DNA of 64,000 bases from Firmicutes bacterium UBA5435 (GTDB lineage Bacteria; Bacillota; UBA5435). Positions 8,986 through 18,177 of this stretch are shown piece after piece. Numbering within the stretch: position 1 is the first letter of the stretch; every line of letters begins with the position of its first letter. The stretch is from contig DIRN01000045.1 of NCBI GenBank assembly GCA_002426645.1, forward strand, positions 16,983 to 80,982. The letters are read 5' to 3'. The notes below the pieces were generated by a model. That model searched no databases and was not told where the DNA came from. It saw only the letters and a list, made by a program, of their open reading frames with translations. A program made the position numbers and the translations under genes.

Positions 8986-10379
8986 CTTCTTACGGTTCCT
9001 TTTATCAATCTAAAGCCTTCTTCAAAACCAAGGCTCTTGATTATCTCCATACGTTCCTGCTCCTTTTCGGTTAAACCTCCGTCCATAACTACTGCACCTT
9101 CTTTTAAAAGAATAAAGGTACCGTAATATATGGCTGTTTTAACCCCTTCTTTACTTCCTACGGTTAATTCATTAAAACTATGTAATTCCCAAAGTCCCTT
9201 TACACAGGTCTCACCAAACAAAGCCCATGAAAGAGGCCGTTCCTCTTCATCTATCACAAAAAACAGCTTGTACTTGCGATTAAATCTATGAAAAAAGGTT
9301 AAAGCCCTATTAATAACTTTAAGAGTTTTATCATGGATTTGAATATAGCTCCCGTTGATCTCATCATCACTATTATATTCTTTAATAGTATATCCTTTAA
9401 AGTTAAAGCATGCATTCGAAAAAGGCTCATCCCTCAGATAATAACTACTATTTGAGCGTTCTTTAATATTCAAGACCTGCTCTGCAAGGGGCCACATCCA
9501 CTCTTCAGTCATTACTAGTTCAAAGTCATCCTGCTCATGAGTTAAGAGCCATTCCATGAATGCTTTAGCTTCGCGTACCTCTGATGACCTTATAATAAAA
9601 ATCCTCCCAAAAGCAAAATTTATTTCAATGATGAGACCATTGCTATGTTGCTTCATTTCAGGATAGCGACATACATAAAACTTAGGTTGGACAATCTTTT
9701 TCATGCTATCTTCTATAAGTTCTAATATATAACAGTTAAGGAACGCATCCTTTCGAAGTTTATATATAATCCTTGAGATCCTAGAGAACTTTAAAACACT
9801 GGGGCTACCCTCTTCATTTAATTGTTCTCCAGATAGTTCTTCAAACGCGACTCTGAGTTCCATCTTCCCCCTATGTATTGCATTCTTAACCTGGTATAGG
9901 GTCATACCAAGAAGTTCGCCTATCTCTTTATAGGATTTGCCTTCTATATAGCTTAAAAAAAGAGGAGCATACCTTTTATATGGAAGTGTCTGTAATGCTC
10001 TAAGGAGGAAAGAGGTATCCTCCTTTTTTATAATCTTATCTTCGATAGATTTATCATCCTTAGAATCTAAAGGTTCCTTTAACCCTGATTCTATCATATA
10101 ATCAATTGAAAGAGGTTGATTCCGTGAGGTTTTAAAATGATCCTTAATGATATTCCTAGCTATACCAAAGAGCCACTGGTTAAATTTATCTCTACTCTTT
10201 AAAGTATCTATATTCTCAACTACTCTTAGCAAAGTTTCCTGAGCTACCTCATCAGCATACGTAGGATTTCCCAGGACTTGTAGGGAGAAATAATATATCT
10301 TATTACGCGAAGATTCAAATAATCCATTTACATCCCCTTCCTCGAGCTGAAAGACTTCAAAAAACTTATGTACTTGCAT
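8982..10379 (-). CDS. ECF-type sigma-70 factor fused to an uncharacterised ~280-aa C-terminal domain
   Basis: Region 2 (DEVAQETLLRV...WLFGIARN) and region 4 (YKEIGELLGMTLYQVKNAIHRGK) lie in the first ~190 aa. The start is set at the ATG at 10379 (SD AAAGGAG, 8 nt). There is a 4-nt overlap with the rSAM gene. Confidence 0.7.
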   Translation of the reverse strand: MQVHKFFEVFQLEEGDVNGLFESSRNKIYYFSLQVLGNPTYADEVAQETLLRVVENIDTLKSRDKFNQWLFGIARNIIKDHFKTSRNQPLSIDYMIESGLKEPLDSKDDKSIEDKIIKKEDTSFLLRALQTLPYKRYAPLFLSYIEGKSYKEIGELLGMTLYQVKNAIHRGKMELRVAFEELSGEQLNEEGSPSVLKFSRISRIIYKLRKDAFLNCYILELIEDSMKKIVQPKFYVCRYPEMKQHSNGLIIEINFAFGRIFIIRSSEVREAKAFMEWLLTHEQDDFELVMTEEWMWPLAEQVLNIKERSNSSYYLRDEPFSNACFNFKGYTIKEYNSDDEINGSYIQIHDKTLKVINRALTFFHRFNRKYKLFFVIDEEERPLSWALFGETCVKGLWELHSFNELTVGSKEGVKTAIYYGTFILLKEGAVVMDGGLTEKEQERMEIIKSLGFEEGFRLIKGTVRR

Positions 10380-10493
10380 TCTAGAAACTCCTTTCATGCC
10401 CTTGGAATAAAATGAGATATATATAAATTCTACATAGCTTTGTAAAATCCTCTAACGATATGATTATAAAGTGTAGATATATTTGGAAAAATC

Positions 10494-12257
10494 TTATTTA
10501 GTAATTAACTTTGTAAAATCATTAAAACCCATGTGTAGATGAACCGTGGTTTTTTTCGTCATCTTTGGAGGGATCTCTCCTAGATCAGCAACTATTTGTA
10601 TGAAATTTTCAGCTGCATAGGAGCGACGCACTGAGGTTAAATGATTATTAATTAAGATTAGACCGAAATCAGACTCTTCGTTATGTACACCGATAAAATC
10701 TCCCTTAAGGGCTCTTTCGTTATCTTTAAGGTCCATACCTTTAGGCTTAGAGACATTAAAGGTGAAGTTTTCTTTTACAGGAAAGGACTCTAACCCTTTT
10801 TCCGTCTCAACTAACAGGCTTTCTTTACCCTTAGCCCATATATCTTGATAACTAACTCTAAATATAAACCTCACTCTCTTTAAGGTCTTTTTATCTTCCT
10901 TATTACCCACTTTTATCTTGAATCTTACCGAATCAAAACTGGGGATTATACTTCCTTCCAGGCTACATCCAGAAGAAGCTACATACTCTCCATTGTTTAG
11001 AACATCCTGTGATGATAGATTTAAAGACGAAAGTATGTATGAGCCATTAGAATCTCTCAACCATCTAACTCCTTCAGGTAGTAAAGAGCCCGCTTTTGAA
11101 GGGTTGTTCTCATCAAGCAAAGTAATGTATAATCTGCCATATATCCTCCACCAAGAATTTGACGCTTCAAGAATCAAATTTAAGATCTCTGGTCGTAGTT
11201 TAGGGGACTCATAAATCGGGCTACATGTTAGCCCAGAGGCTCTACGTACCTCTGGCGTTTTACAGAAACTTCCGACCTGTAAATCACCGATTACTTTATC
11301 GTCCTCTGTTAATGCATCCTCTATGCCTTGTAAGAATCGTTCCTGTATAAGCCCAGGGAAAATCCTATTAACCTGATACAAAGAGAAAGATATAGGAGAC
11401 CCAATATTATGGGTTTCAATATAGTTATAGAAAAGATCCTGATCTAGTTCGTGGCGAAACCCCCAAAGGATATACGCAATATCGCAAATTCGCCCCACCT
11501 TTATATGCATATTGTTCCTAAAATGCCAGTAATGATGTAAGCATGCGTGGAGAAGAAGATTTTCATTAGATAGACGCCAACTATCCACATTCATAACCTT
11601 AAAAGGCAGGCTACCCTCTAAAAGTACCTTTTCATTAAGGGTGAAATCATCTAAAGTTCCGCCAAAGGACCAATGTAGATCTATAGAAAGGGACATGCGA
11701 TCTGTAAGGAGCTTCCTAAATGGATATGCATGCTGAGTCCTTAAATATCTATCTTTATCCCCTTCATTAATAGCTTCAAAAAGTCCTGTCTTAGGATTAA
11801 ACTTGGTTTGACTATATCCGAGTTCTTGTAGGATATTATATGCGTCTCCATGTCTCTCACGAGGTACAAAGATATCCAAATCTCCATAAGGGCGTGCTGA
11901 TATTGATGGATAAACCCCATCGGCTAGTACAGGTCCTTTAAGAATTGCATATGGGATTCCCATGCCATTAAAAGCAGTAGATATCTGCGCTATCTCACGC
12001 GATACCAATAAATGTCGTATAGTAGTCCTTTTAAGTCTGTCCCTAAAATTATGGTTTATTTTCGCTGGTAGAATCTCTGGCTTATCTGAATGCAATATAT
12101 TATAAGCAATAAGATTTAAGGTCCTATGAAAAGACGCCACTCCCTCAATATATTCCCAGTCTACCTCATTGGAATATGCGGGGAGATTTCCGTCAAATTC
12201 AGGGTCAATTAGTAACCTTAATAGTCCTCGTTCCAGCCCTGTATCTAACGTTCTCAA
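10494..12257 (-). CDS. Nucleotidyltransferase-family protein (NTP_transf_5-like) with extra C-terminal domain
   Basis: 587 aa. ILKGPVLADGVYP...RPYGDLDIFVP motif. TTG start after GGGGGG. Confidence 0.6.
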   Translation of the reverse strand: MRTLDTGLERGLLRLLIDPEFDGNLPAYSNEVDWEYIEGVASFHRTLNLIAYNILHSDKPEILPAKINHNFRDRLKRTTIRHLLVSREIAQISTAFNGMGIPYAILKGPVLADGVYPSISARPYGDLDIFVPRERHGDAYNILQELGYSQTKFNPKTGLFEAINEGDKDRYLRTQHAYPFRKLLTDRMSLSIDLHWSFGGTLDDFTLNEKVLLEGSLPFKVMNVDSWRLSNENLLLHACLHHYWHFRNNMHIKVGRICDIAYILWGFRHELDQDLFYNYIETHNIGSPISFSLYQVNRIFPGLIQERFLQGIEDALTEDDKVIGDLQVGSFCKTPEVRRASGLTCSPIYESPKLRPEILNLILEASNSWWRIYGRLYITLLDENNPSKAGSLLPEGVRWLRDSNGSYILSSLNLSSQDVLNNGEYVASSGCSLEGSIIPSFDSVRFKIKVGNKEDKKTLKRVRFIFRVSYQDIWAKGKESLLVETEKGLESFPVKENFTFNVSKPKGMDLKDNERALKGDFIGVHNEESDFGLILINNHLTSVRRSYAAENFIQIVADLGEIPPKMTKKTTVHLHMGFNDFTKLITK

Positions 12258-12282
12258 AGTAATCCCCCCTCTCTTTATCTAC

Positions 12283-12708
12283 TTACCGTGCAAAGGCAAT
12301 AATTAGACCACCTAAAAGAATTAAGGCATTCCCTATAACCACAGGGGTTGTTACTTTCTCATGCAAAACTACCACGGCCAGCACAAAGGTGAATACAACG
12401 CTAAGACGATCAATAGGAACTACTCGGGTAGCAGGACCAAGTTTAAGCGCAGCAAAATAAGCGATCCATGAGAATCCTCCTGCAATACCTGATAACAAAA
12501 GAAAGACCCAATTCCGGGATGAAAATGCTGAAATACCGCTTAAACGATGAGTAGCAAGAGCTACAGTAAAGGTAGTGATTAACATGACTACAGATCTAAG
12601 GGCTGTAGCTGTAACTGAATCTACACCCTCTAAACCAATTTTGCCAAAGATTCCTACTAACGCAGCACTTATAGCAGAAAGCAAAGCAAATCCAAGCCAT
12701 GATTCCAT
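12283..12708 (-). CDS. EamA/DMT-family small membrane transporter
   Basis: About 141 aa with 4-5 hydrophobic helices. AGGAGG lies 9 nt before the ATG at 12708. Confidence 0.65.
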   Translation of the reverse strand: MESWLGFALLSAISAALVGIFGKIGLEGVDSVTATALRSVVMLITTFTVALATHRLSGISAFSSRNWVFLLLSGIAGGFSWIAYFAALKLGPATRVVPIDRLSVVFTFVLAVVVLHEKVTTPVVIGNALILLGGLIIAFAR

Positions 12709-12736
12709 ATGCAAGAGCCTCCTTCTAATAATGCCT

Positions 12737-14089
12737 CTACCCTATCATTATCTTCTCTTCTGGATACCTATACTTTGTCTTCCTAGCACGCATTCCAACA
12801 GCTAATGCTATTGTCATTGGACCTAACCTGCCACTGAACATGGTAAAAGCTATAAGTAGTTTCCCTATGAAAGTTAACTCTGGAGTTATACCAGTTGAAA
12901 GACCAACTGTCCCAAAGGCAGAAAAAGTCTCAAACATAATTTGTATAGGAGTTGCATCTTCTGTAATGAGTAAGACTAATATCGCCCCACTTATGAGAAG
13001 CATAGCTAATAATGCTATAACAAAAGCGTTTAAAGCAGTTAGTGGTGAGAGTCTCCTCCATGAAATCTCTATATCCTCTTTCCCAGTGATAAGAGATTTA
13101 GCTCCCATAATCAGGACACCAAAGGTAGTCGTCTTTATCCCCCCTCCAGTAGAACCTGGTGATGCCCCTATGAACATTAAGATCATCATAAAGAAGAGAG
13201 TATATGGACGCAAGAGTCCAATGGGCACAGTATTAAATCCTGCTGTCCTAGGGCTAACACCCTGAAAGAATGCTGCTAATATTTTAGTGCCTAAAGGGAG
13301 GGCACCAAAGGTCATAAAGTTCGTATACTCAAAGATAAAAATAACTACAGTAGCTAAGACGATTAAAGTAGCAGTTATTTTTAATACCATTTCTGTGTGT
13401 AAAGAGAATCGCTTCGTTCTCCTGATATGATAGATTTCAGATATTACAACGAAACCTATGCCTCCTATTATCAAAAGCATGGATATTACTAGATTCACGA
13501 GAATGTCAGTAGTAAAACCCTCTAAGTTATTTCCAAAGAGATCAAATCCTGCGTTGCAAAAGGCGGATATAGAATGAAATATAGCAAAATATATGGCTTT
13601 CCCATAAGGCATTAACCTTTGAAACCTCAAGAAAAGCAATATTGCCCCTATGAATTCAATGATAAAAGTGGCTTCGAGAATATGACGAACGAGCTTAACC
13701 ATACCAGAAAGATTAATCTGGCCTAAATCCGTCATAATAGTTAATCGCTCTCGCAAACCTATCCTTCTACCTAATAGAATGGAAAAAAAGGTTGATATAG
13801 TCATAAGCCCTAGCCCTCCTATTTGGATGAGCAAGAGCACTACTATCTGACCAAAAAGAGTGAGATCACGAGCTGTATTTACCACAGTAAGCCCTGTCAC
13901 TGCCATTGCAGATGTCGCAGTAAAGAGTGCGTCAATGAAGTTTAGTCCTCCGTCTATCCTATTAGATATAGGCAACGAGAGGAATAAAGCCCCTACCAAA
14001 ATTATAATACCATATCCTATTACTACAATCTGTGTAGGTGCCAAAAAGCTAAGTTTGCTATTACGGTGCTCTGAATCTGACACAATCAT
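12737..14089 (-). CDS. ktrB: TrkH/KtrB-family potassium uptake membrane subunit
   Basis: About 450 aa, polytopic, with repeated pore-loop motifs (TAGFN, TGGGIKT, GTVGLSTG). Confidence 0.85.
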   Translation of the reverse strand: MIVSDSEHRNSKLSFLAPTQIVVIGYGIIILVGALFLSLPISNRIDGGLNFIDALFTATSAMAVTGLTVVNTARDLTLFGQIVVLLLIQIGGLGLMTISTFFSILLGRRIGLRERLTIMTDLGQINLSGMVKLVRHILEATFIIEFIGAILLFLRFQRLMPYGKAIYFAIFHSISAFCNAGFDLFGNNLEGFTTDILVNLVISMLLIIGGIGFVVISEIYHIRRTKRFSLHTEMVLKITATLIVLATVVIFIFEYTNFMTFGALPLGTKILAAFFQGVSPRTAGFNTVPIGLLRPYTLFFMMILMFIGASPGSTGGGIKTTTFGVLIMGAKSLITGKEDIEISWRRLSPLTALNAFVIALLAMLLISGAILVLLITEDATPIQIMFETFSAFGTVGLSTGITPELTFIGKLLIAFTMFSGRLGPMTIALAVGMRARKTKYRYPEEKIMIG

Positions 14090-14127
14090 CAACCTCTCAA
14101 GATTTAAACGAAACGCTCATTAAGATT

Positions 14128-14153
14128 TGAAAAAGCGGCGCATAGCACCGCTT
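14128..14153 (-). terminator. Intrinsic terminator/attenuator hairpin about 40 nt upstream of ktrB
   Basis: On the minus strand: AAGCGG-ugcuaugcg-CCGCUU followed by UUUC. Confidence 0.5.
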
Positions 14154-14281
14154 CCAAAAAAATAAAAATTCCTTAATGGCCGCACCAGGGGCTCTTTGAG
14201 ACGCCATCCATTTAATAGTCTCTCAGGATAAGCGGACAAATAATGATAGAGCTTCCAGCGACGACCTACAGACAACCGATA

Positions 14282-14470
14282 CTATAGTCCTTTCTTTTCT
14301 AACCATGAAGAGTCAATCTGCATTTTGTCATTAATAACATTTCTAGGGACCCATAAGGGATCGCTATCTCCTAGCATTCCCATATCAATGATAGCAAGTA
14401 AAGCATCTTCTCTTTCTTGCCTTACCTCTTTGATCTTGTACCTGTAGACCGTCACAAAGGTCACCTCCAT
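14282..14470 (-). CDS. Hypothetical small protein
   Basis: 62-aa ORF. An internal GTG at 14455 has a better SD (GGAGGTG). No recognisable domain. Confidence 0.3.
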   Translation of the reverse strand: MEVTFVTVYRYKIKEVRQEREDALLAIIDMGMLGDSDPLWVPRNVINDKMQIDSSWLEKKGL

Positions 14471-14496
14471 AATAATATAAAAATTTATATAACCCT

Positions 14497-14526
14497 ATTA
14501 TACACCTTGACAGAACCTTCTGTCAA
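14497..14526 (-). promoter_or_regulatory. Near-consensus sigma-A promoter (TTGACA-N18-TATAAT)
   Basis: Minus strand: -35 at 14521-14526, -10 at 14497-14502, with a TG immediately 5' of the -10. Confidence 0.5.
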
Positions 14527-14586
14527 ATACTTGAATACAATTTCCGAACTATAAAAGCAGGCTTATAATTTCACTGAAAATAAATA

Positions 14587-15489
14587 TTAGATATAAAAGT
14601 CCTGCAAATACCAAGTCGGCACAGGATTATTCATATTATCAAACCAGGACAGTACGTCCCTTGCTTGATTTTTCATTATAGAAATTTCTTCTTCGCCAAA
14701 CTGGATTGCCCAATAAATTGACGAGAGAGTATTACTGGAAATGTAAAATGCTAGCAGCCTAAAAAATTCAATAGGAGTTTTGCCACTAAAATATCCATTG
14801 AGCTGACCTGTTGCGAAATGCGGACTAACCGTTGCACTCCACACAACTCGGTTGAATTCCTCCCACGGATCACCAAAATCAAAGCGATTGAAGTCAATAA
14901 TTGAAAGCCTACTATCGGGTGAGATAATCATGTTGCCCACATGATAATCACCGTGCTGATAGCACTGTGGTCTGTCGGAAAGTAGGTGACGGTTGTTCTC
15001 AATATAGCCAATAATTTTATCGTCACCATGGAATTTAACGCCGCAAGCCTTATATTTTTCAATTTTATTATCTGTCTTACGGTTAAAGCGAATACTCCAT
15101 TCTTCCTGCTCCTTTGGAGCGGAAATAGAATGAATGAGTCTAAGTATTTTACCTGACTTTATTCCAAGCATATATTGTTCGGTTTCCGTCAAATGCGGCA
15201 GGATAACCTCGGCCTCCTCACCGTCGCACCATGTGAGTAGTAAATATACGCTCTTTCCGTTATTACAAACTCTAAAGTCCAAAGGCTGTGACATCTGGAC
15301 ACCCAAAGCCGCGACCCGTTTCATCATTTCAAACTCGATCTTTTTTCTGTTATATTGTGATATATCTGCAATACGCAGGAGCAATCTTCTGCCATCCGCA
15401 TCTTCAATGTAATATTTCTTATCATTTGACCAGCCTTTATCGATAGACTCCACTTTTATGAAAGTGTTATAGTCTTTTATGTCCTGCAT
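14587..15489 (-). CDS. Aminoglycoside/phosphotransferase (APH) enzyme-family protein
   Basis: 300 aa. Catalytic-loop HGDYHVGNMII and IIDFNRFDFGDPWEEF. Confidence 0.8.
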   Translation of the reverse strand: MQDIKDYNTFIKVESIDKGWSNDKKYYIEDADGRRLLLRIADISQYNRKKIEFEMMKRVAALGVQMSQPLDFRVCNNGKSVYLLLTWCDGEEAEVILPHLTETEQYMLGIKSGKILRLIHSISAPKEQEEWSIRFNRKTDNKIEKYKACGVKFHGDDKIIGYIENNRHLLSDRPQCYQHGDYHVGNMIISPDSRLSIIDFNRFDFGDPWEEFNRVVWSATVSPHFATGQLNGYFSGKTPIEFFRLLAFYISSNTLSSIYWAIQFGEEEISIMKNQARDVLSWFDNMNNPVPTWYLQDFYI

Positions 15490-15527
15490 ATTGTCATCAT
15501 CCTTAATACCTATTCTTAAAAATACTT

Positions 15528-15788
15528 TTACGGGAAACGTGCATCCTTACGCGAGACTTTACCTCTCTTCCTATCTATATCTATTATCTCCCCATTGCAG
15601 ACTGGACATGTATAAACAAAGTGCGAAGCCAGATTTATTTTTCGTTCCAGAAGTTCTGCTTCTCGCCTTGAGAGAAGTCTCTTATACTTTAACTTATCCC
15701 GTGAAAAAGCCCTATAACAAGAAGAGCATCTTAAAAAACCAGGGAACATCATTTTTAGCCAACCAATGAATCGGATGACCAGTTTCAT
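15528..15788 (-). CDS. Hypothetical zinc-ribbon protein
   Basis: 86 aa from an internal ATG of the 155-aa track ORF. Contains CSSC...CPVC pairs. The SD is poor. Confidence 0.25.
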   Translation of the reverse strand: MKLVIRFIGWLKMMFPGFLRCSSCYRAFSRDKLKYKRLLSRREAELLERKINLASHFVYTCPVCNGEIIDIDRKRGKVSRKDARFP

Positions 15789-15892
15789 ATCTCTTCTGGG
15801 TAGTTCCTCCACGAGGTCTTTAGCTCTGTGGAGGAACCGCCCACACACCACCCTTTCCCACAAAAAACTTTCCCTTGATGCGAAAAATACAC

Positions 15893-16339
15893 CTATACTT
15901 TGCCCCTTAAAAACTTTACTAATTGATATCCTAGCGTGAAAACAACTATAGCTTCGCTTACCCCTATACTCAATGCTGTCATCCAATATGGCCACCCAAA
16001 GACTGGATGGAGATATATGCTGACTAGAATGGCATTAAAGAGCACCGGACTTAAATAAGCCAGAACGCTCCCTCTTAACCTATATGTCACATAAGCTGAT
16101 ATAAGGGTCACAATGCTTCCCCCAAAGATATCTACAAGGCCTAGCGGGCTCCATAGATTAGCCAACATCACTCCGATAAAGAGAGCTGGAACCGCCTCAG
16201 GATAAAGTATAGGCAAAACTGTCAGTGCTTCTGATATTCGCAATTGAATCGGGCCAAAACTAATGGGCTGAAGTATGTAGGTTATGACCACATAGGCCCC
16301 GGCTATAATCGATGCTCTTGCCAATCTATTTGTTTTCAT
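15893..16339 (-). CDS. queT: QueT-family queuosine-precursor transporter
   Basis: MKTNRLARASIIAGAYVVITY..., a small polytopic protein. AGGTG lies 7 nt before the ATG at 16339. Confidence 0.7.
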   Translation of the reverse strand: MKTNRLARASIIAGAYVVITYILQPISFGPIQLRISEALTVLPILYPEAVPALFIGVMLANLWSPLGLVDIFGGSIVTLISAYVTYRLRGSVLAYLSPVLFNAILVSIYLHPVFGWPYWMTALSIGVSEAIVVFTLGYQLVKFLRGKV

Positions 16340-16359
16340 CTTATACACCTAATTTATCT

Positions 16360-17688
16360 CTATTCTATACTCCGGAACACAAGCCCAGTATATAACTTCG
16401 GATAAAAATAAGTGGACTTCTTAGGCATCTTCCCGCCTTTTTCTGCTATACCACTAACATCATCCACTTTTGTAGGATTCAAAAAGAAAGCAACCTTATA
16501 GTCCCCAGAATCCACCATTGGAATGATCTTATGTTCATCTCTCAGATACTCGATATTATCATCATCTTGGTTGACATTCAAAAGTTTCTTGAAGATCACA
16601 GAGTGAAGAATGGTCACATCAAGACTCTTTTGCTCTAAAGACATATTCCCTTCTACAAGTTTTGATATACTCTCATCATCATCTGCCTTAAGAGTAAAAA
16701 GATAATATGTTCCATCGCCAATATATGCGCCAAATGCATGCGAGCTTCGCCCAAGTTGCTCCATCTCTTGCAATAGCTGAGTGCATCCTTCACTCTCCTT
16801 ACCAGAAGGATACTGATACTTTTTAACAGAAAAATAGGGGCTTAGGGATTCCTCTAATGCTTCTAATTTTTCTAGAGGGAACTCCTTGACTACCCTATGG
16901 AAGGGGAAGACCACAAGACCTGGATCATCTAGGCTGACAAACATCATCATCACATAATCAAAGGGCGCATTACCAGTGAAGTCACCTGTTGCCTTTCTAC
17001 GTTCATTGCGATAATTTAGTGCAGTTTCATATCTGTGATGTCCATCAGCTATATATATTTTACCTTTACTCATCTCCTCTTGCAATTCGGTTATTATCTC
17101 CCTTGAAGATATGCTCCAAAGTCTGTGAACCACGCCATCTTGATCCGTAACTGAAATCCGCGGCTCCTCTTTTAATGTATTTTCAAAGAGTTCTTGGACA
17201 TCAGCAGGAGAAGATGTAGAGTACAAACCAAAGACCTGACTAAAATTAGCATTGCACGCTCTTGTCAATTTTAAGCGGTCCTCTTTGGGCTTAGACATAG
17301 TCTCTTCATGAGGAAATATATTCCCCTTCCCAAATTCCTCTAGCTTTAAGAGAGCTATAAAACCTCGCCTGTGACGAATCTCTCCTTTTGTATCTTTAAA
17401 TTCTTCTTCATAAAGGTATATAGATTCCTCTTCATCCTGGAGTAATACCCCTTTATCTCTCCACTTCTTAAAGGTTCTAGCAGCTCTTTCATATTTATTC
17501 TCTCTATCATCATCACCAGGAAGCTTCTGACTCAGTATAAGACGTACAGAATTATATTCACTCATTTCAGAGAATTGCCGCTGACCAACTTCATCTATCA
17601 CATCATATGGTGGGGTTACCACCTTTTCTATATCTCCCACCTTCTTCTCATTATATAAAATCCCCTTAAAAGGCTTAATCTCAATCAC
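16360..17688 (-). CDS. DUF1015-family protein
   Basis: 442 aa. N-terminal IKPFKGILYN and internal IADGHHRYETA are typical of DUF1015. Confidence 0.75.
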   Translation of the reverse strand: MIEIKPFKGILYNEKKVGDIEKVVTPPYDVIDEVGQRQFSEMSEYNSVRLILSQKLPGDDDRENKYERAARTFKKWRDKGVLLQDEEESIYLYEEEFKDTKGEIRHRRGFIALLKLEEFGKGNIFPHEETMSKPKEDRLKLTRACNANFSQVFGLYSTSSPADVQELFENTLKEEPRISVTDQDGVVHRLWSISSREIITELQEEMSKGKIYIADGHHRYETALNYRNERRKATGDFTGNAPFDYVMMMFVSLDDPGLVVFPFHRVVKEFPLEKLEALEESLSPYFSVKKYQYPSGKESEGCTQLLQEMEQLGRSSHAFGAYIGDGTYYLFTLKADDDESISKLVEGNMSLEQKSLDVTILHSVIFKKLLNVNQDDDNIEYLRDEHKIIPMVDSGDYKVAFFLNPTKVDDVSGIAEKGGKMPKKSTYFYPKLYTGLVFRSIE

Positions 17689-17733
17689 TATAATTATTCC
17701 TCCTTTTCAAATATTTTCTTAGCATTACTGCAT

Positions 17734-18150
17734 CTATGAAGAAAGGTATGATTTAACCACCTTATCTACCATTATCTTAACTAATTCAGGCAAGGGTTCA
17801 GAAGTAGTCCCTATGATCTCAATACCACACTTGTTTAATGGGAGAAGGATCTTAGGAGCAGTACAAGAAGAAACCGCCTTAGCCATTATAGGCGTAAGCT
17901 CACCCATCATGGAATTAGCTAATACTATTCCTATAGGTCCAAGAATAAGGTCAACTCGAGAAACATTGAAGATTATGGCGTTCTCACCGCTAGCCCCAAA
18001 ATCAGCTCCTGCTTTTAGCATGGTGGAAGTGGCTAATGCATTAGTACCAAGGGCTATAACCTCCATCCCTAAAGGCGCTTCAGCCTTGAGGACTTCGATT
18101 ATTAATTTACCAATACCTCCACCTTGTCCATCTATGACTGCTATTCGCAT
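17734..18150 (-). CDS. DUF3842-like small protein
   Basis: MRIAVIDGQGGGIGK start. SD GGTGA. Confidence 0.55.
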   Translation of the reverse strand: MRIAVIDGQGGGIGKLIIEVLKAEAPLGMEVIALGTNALATSTMLKAGADFGASGENAIIFNVSRVDLILGPIGIVLANSMMGELTPIMAKAVSSCTAPKILLPLNKCGIEIIGTTSEPLPELVKIMVDKVVKSYLSS

Positions 18151-18177
18151 ATATAAATCACCACACATCCAAAAGGT

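Noticed and set aside
14154-14281. c-di-AMP (ydaO) riboswitch upstream of ktrB.
   Set aside because: I could not recognise the conserved ydaO sequence blocks. It is kept only as a low-interest finding that needs a covariance-model scan.
15789-15995. Upstream 69 codons of the 155-aa ORF 15528-15995.
   Set aside because: It overlaps the 3' end of queT in another frame and has no SD. Only the distal zinc-ribbon part is kept, at low confidence.
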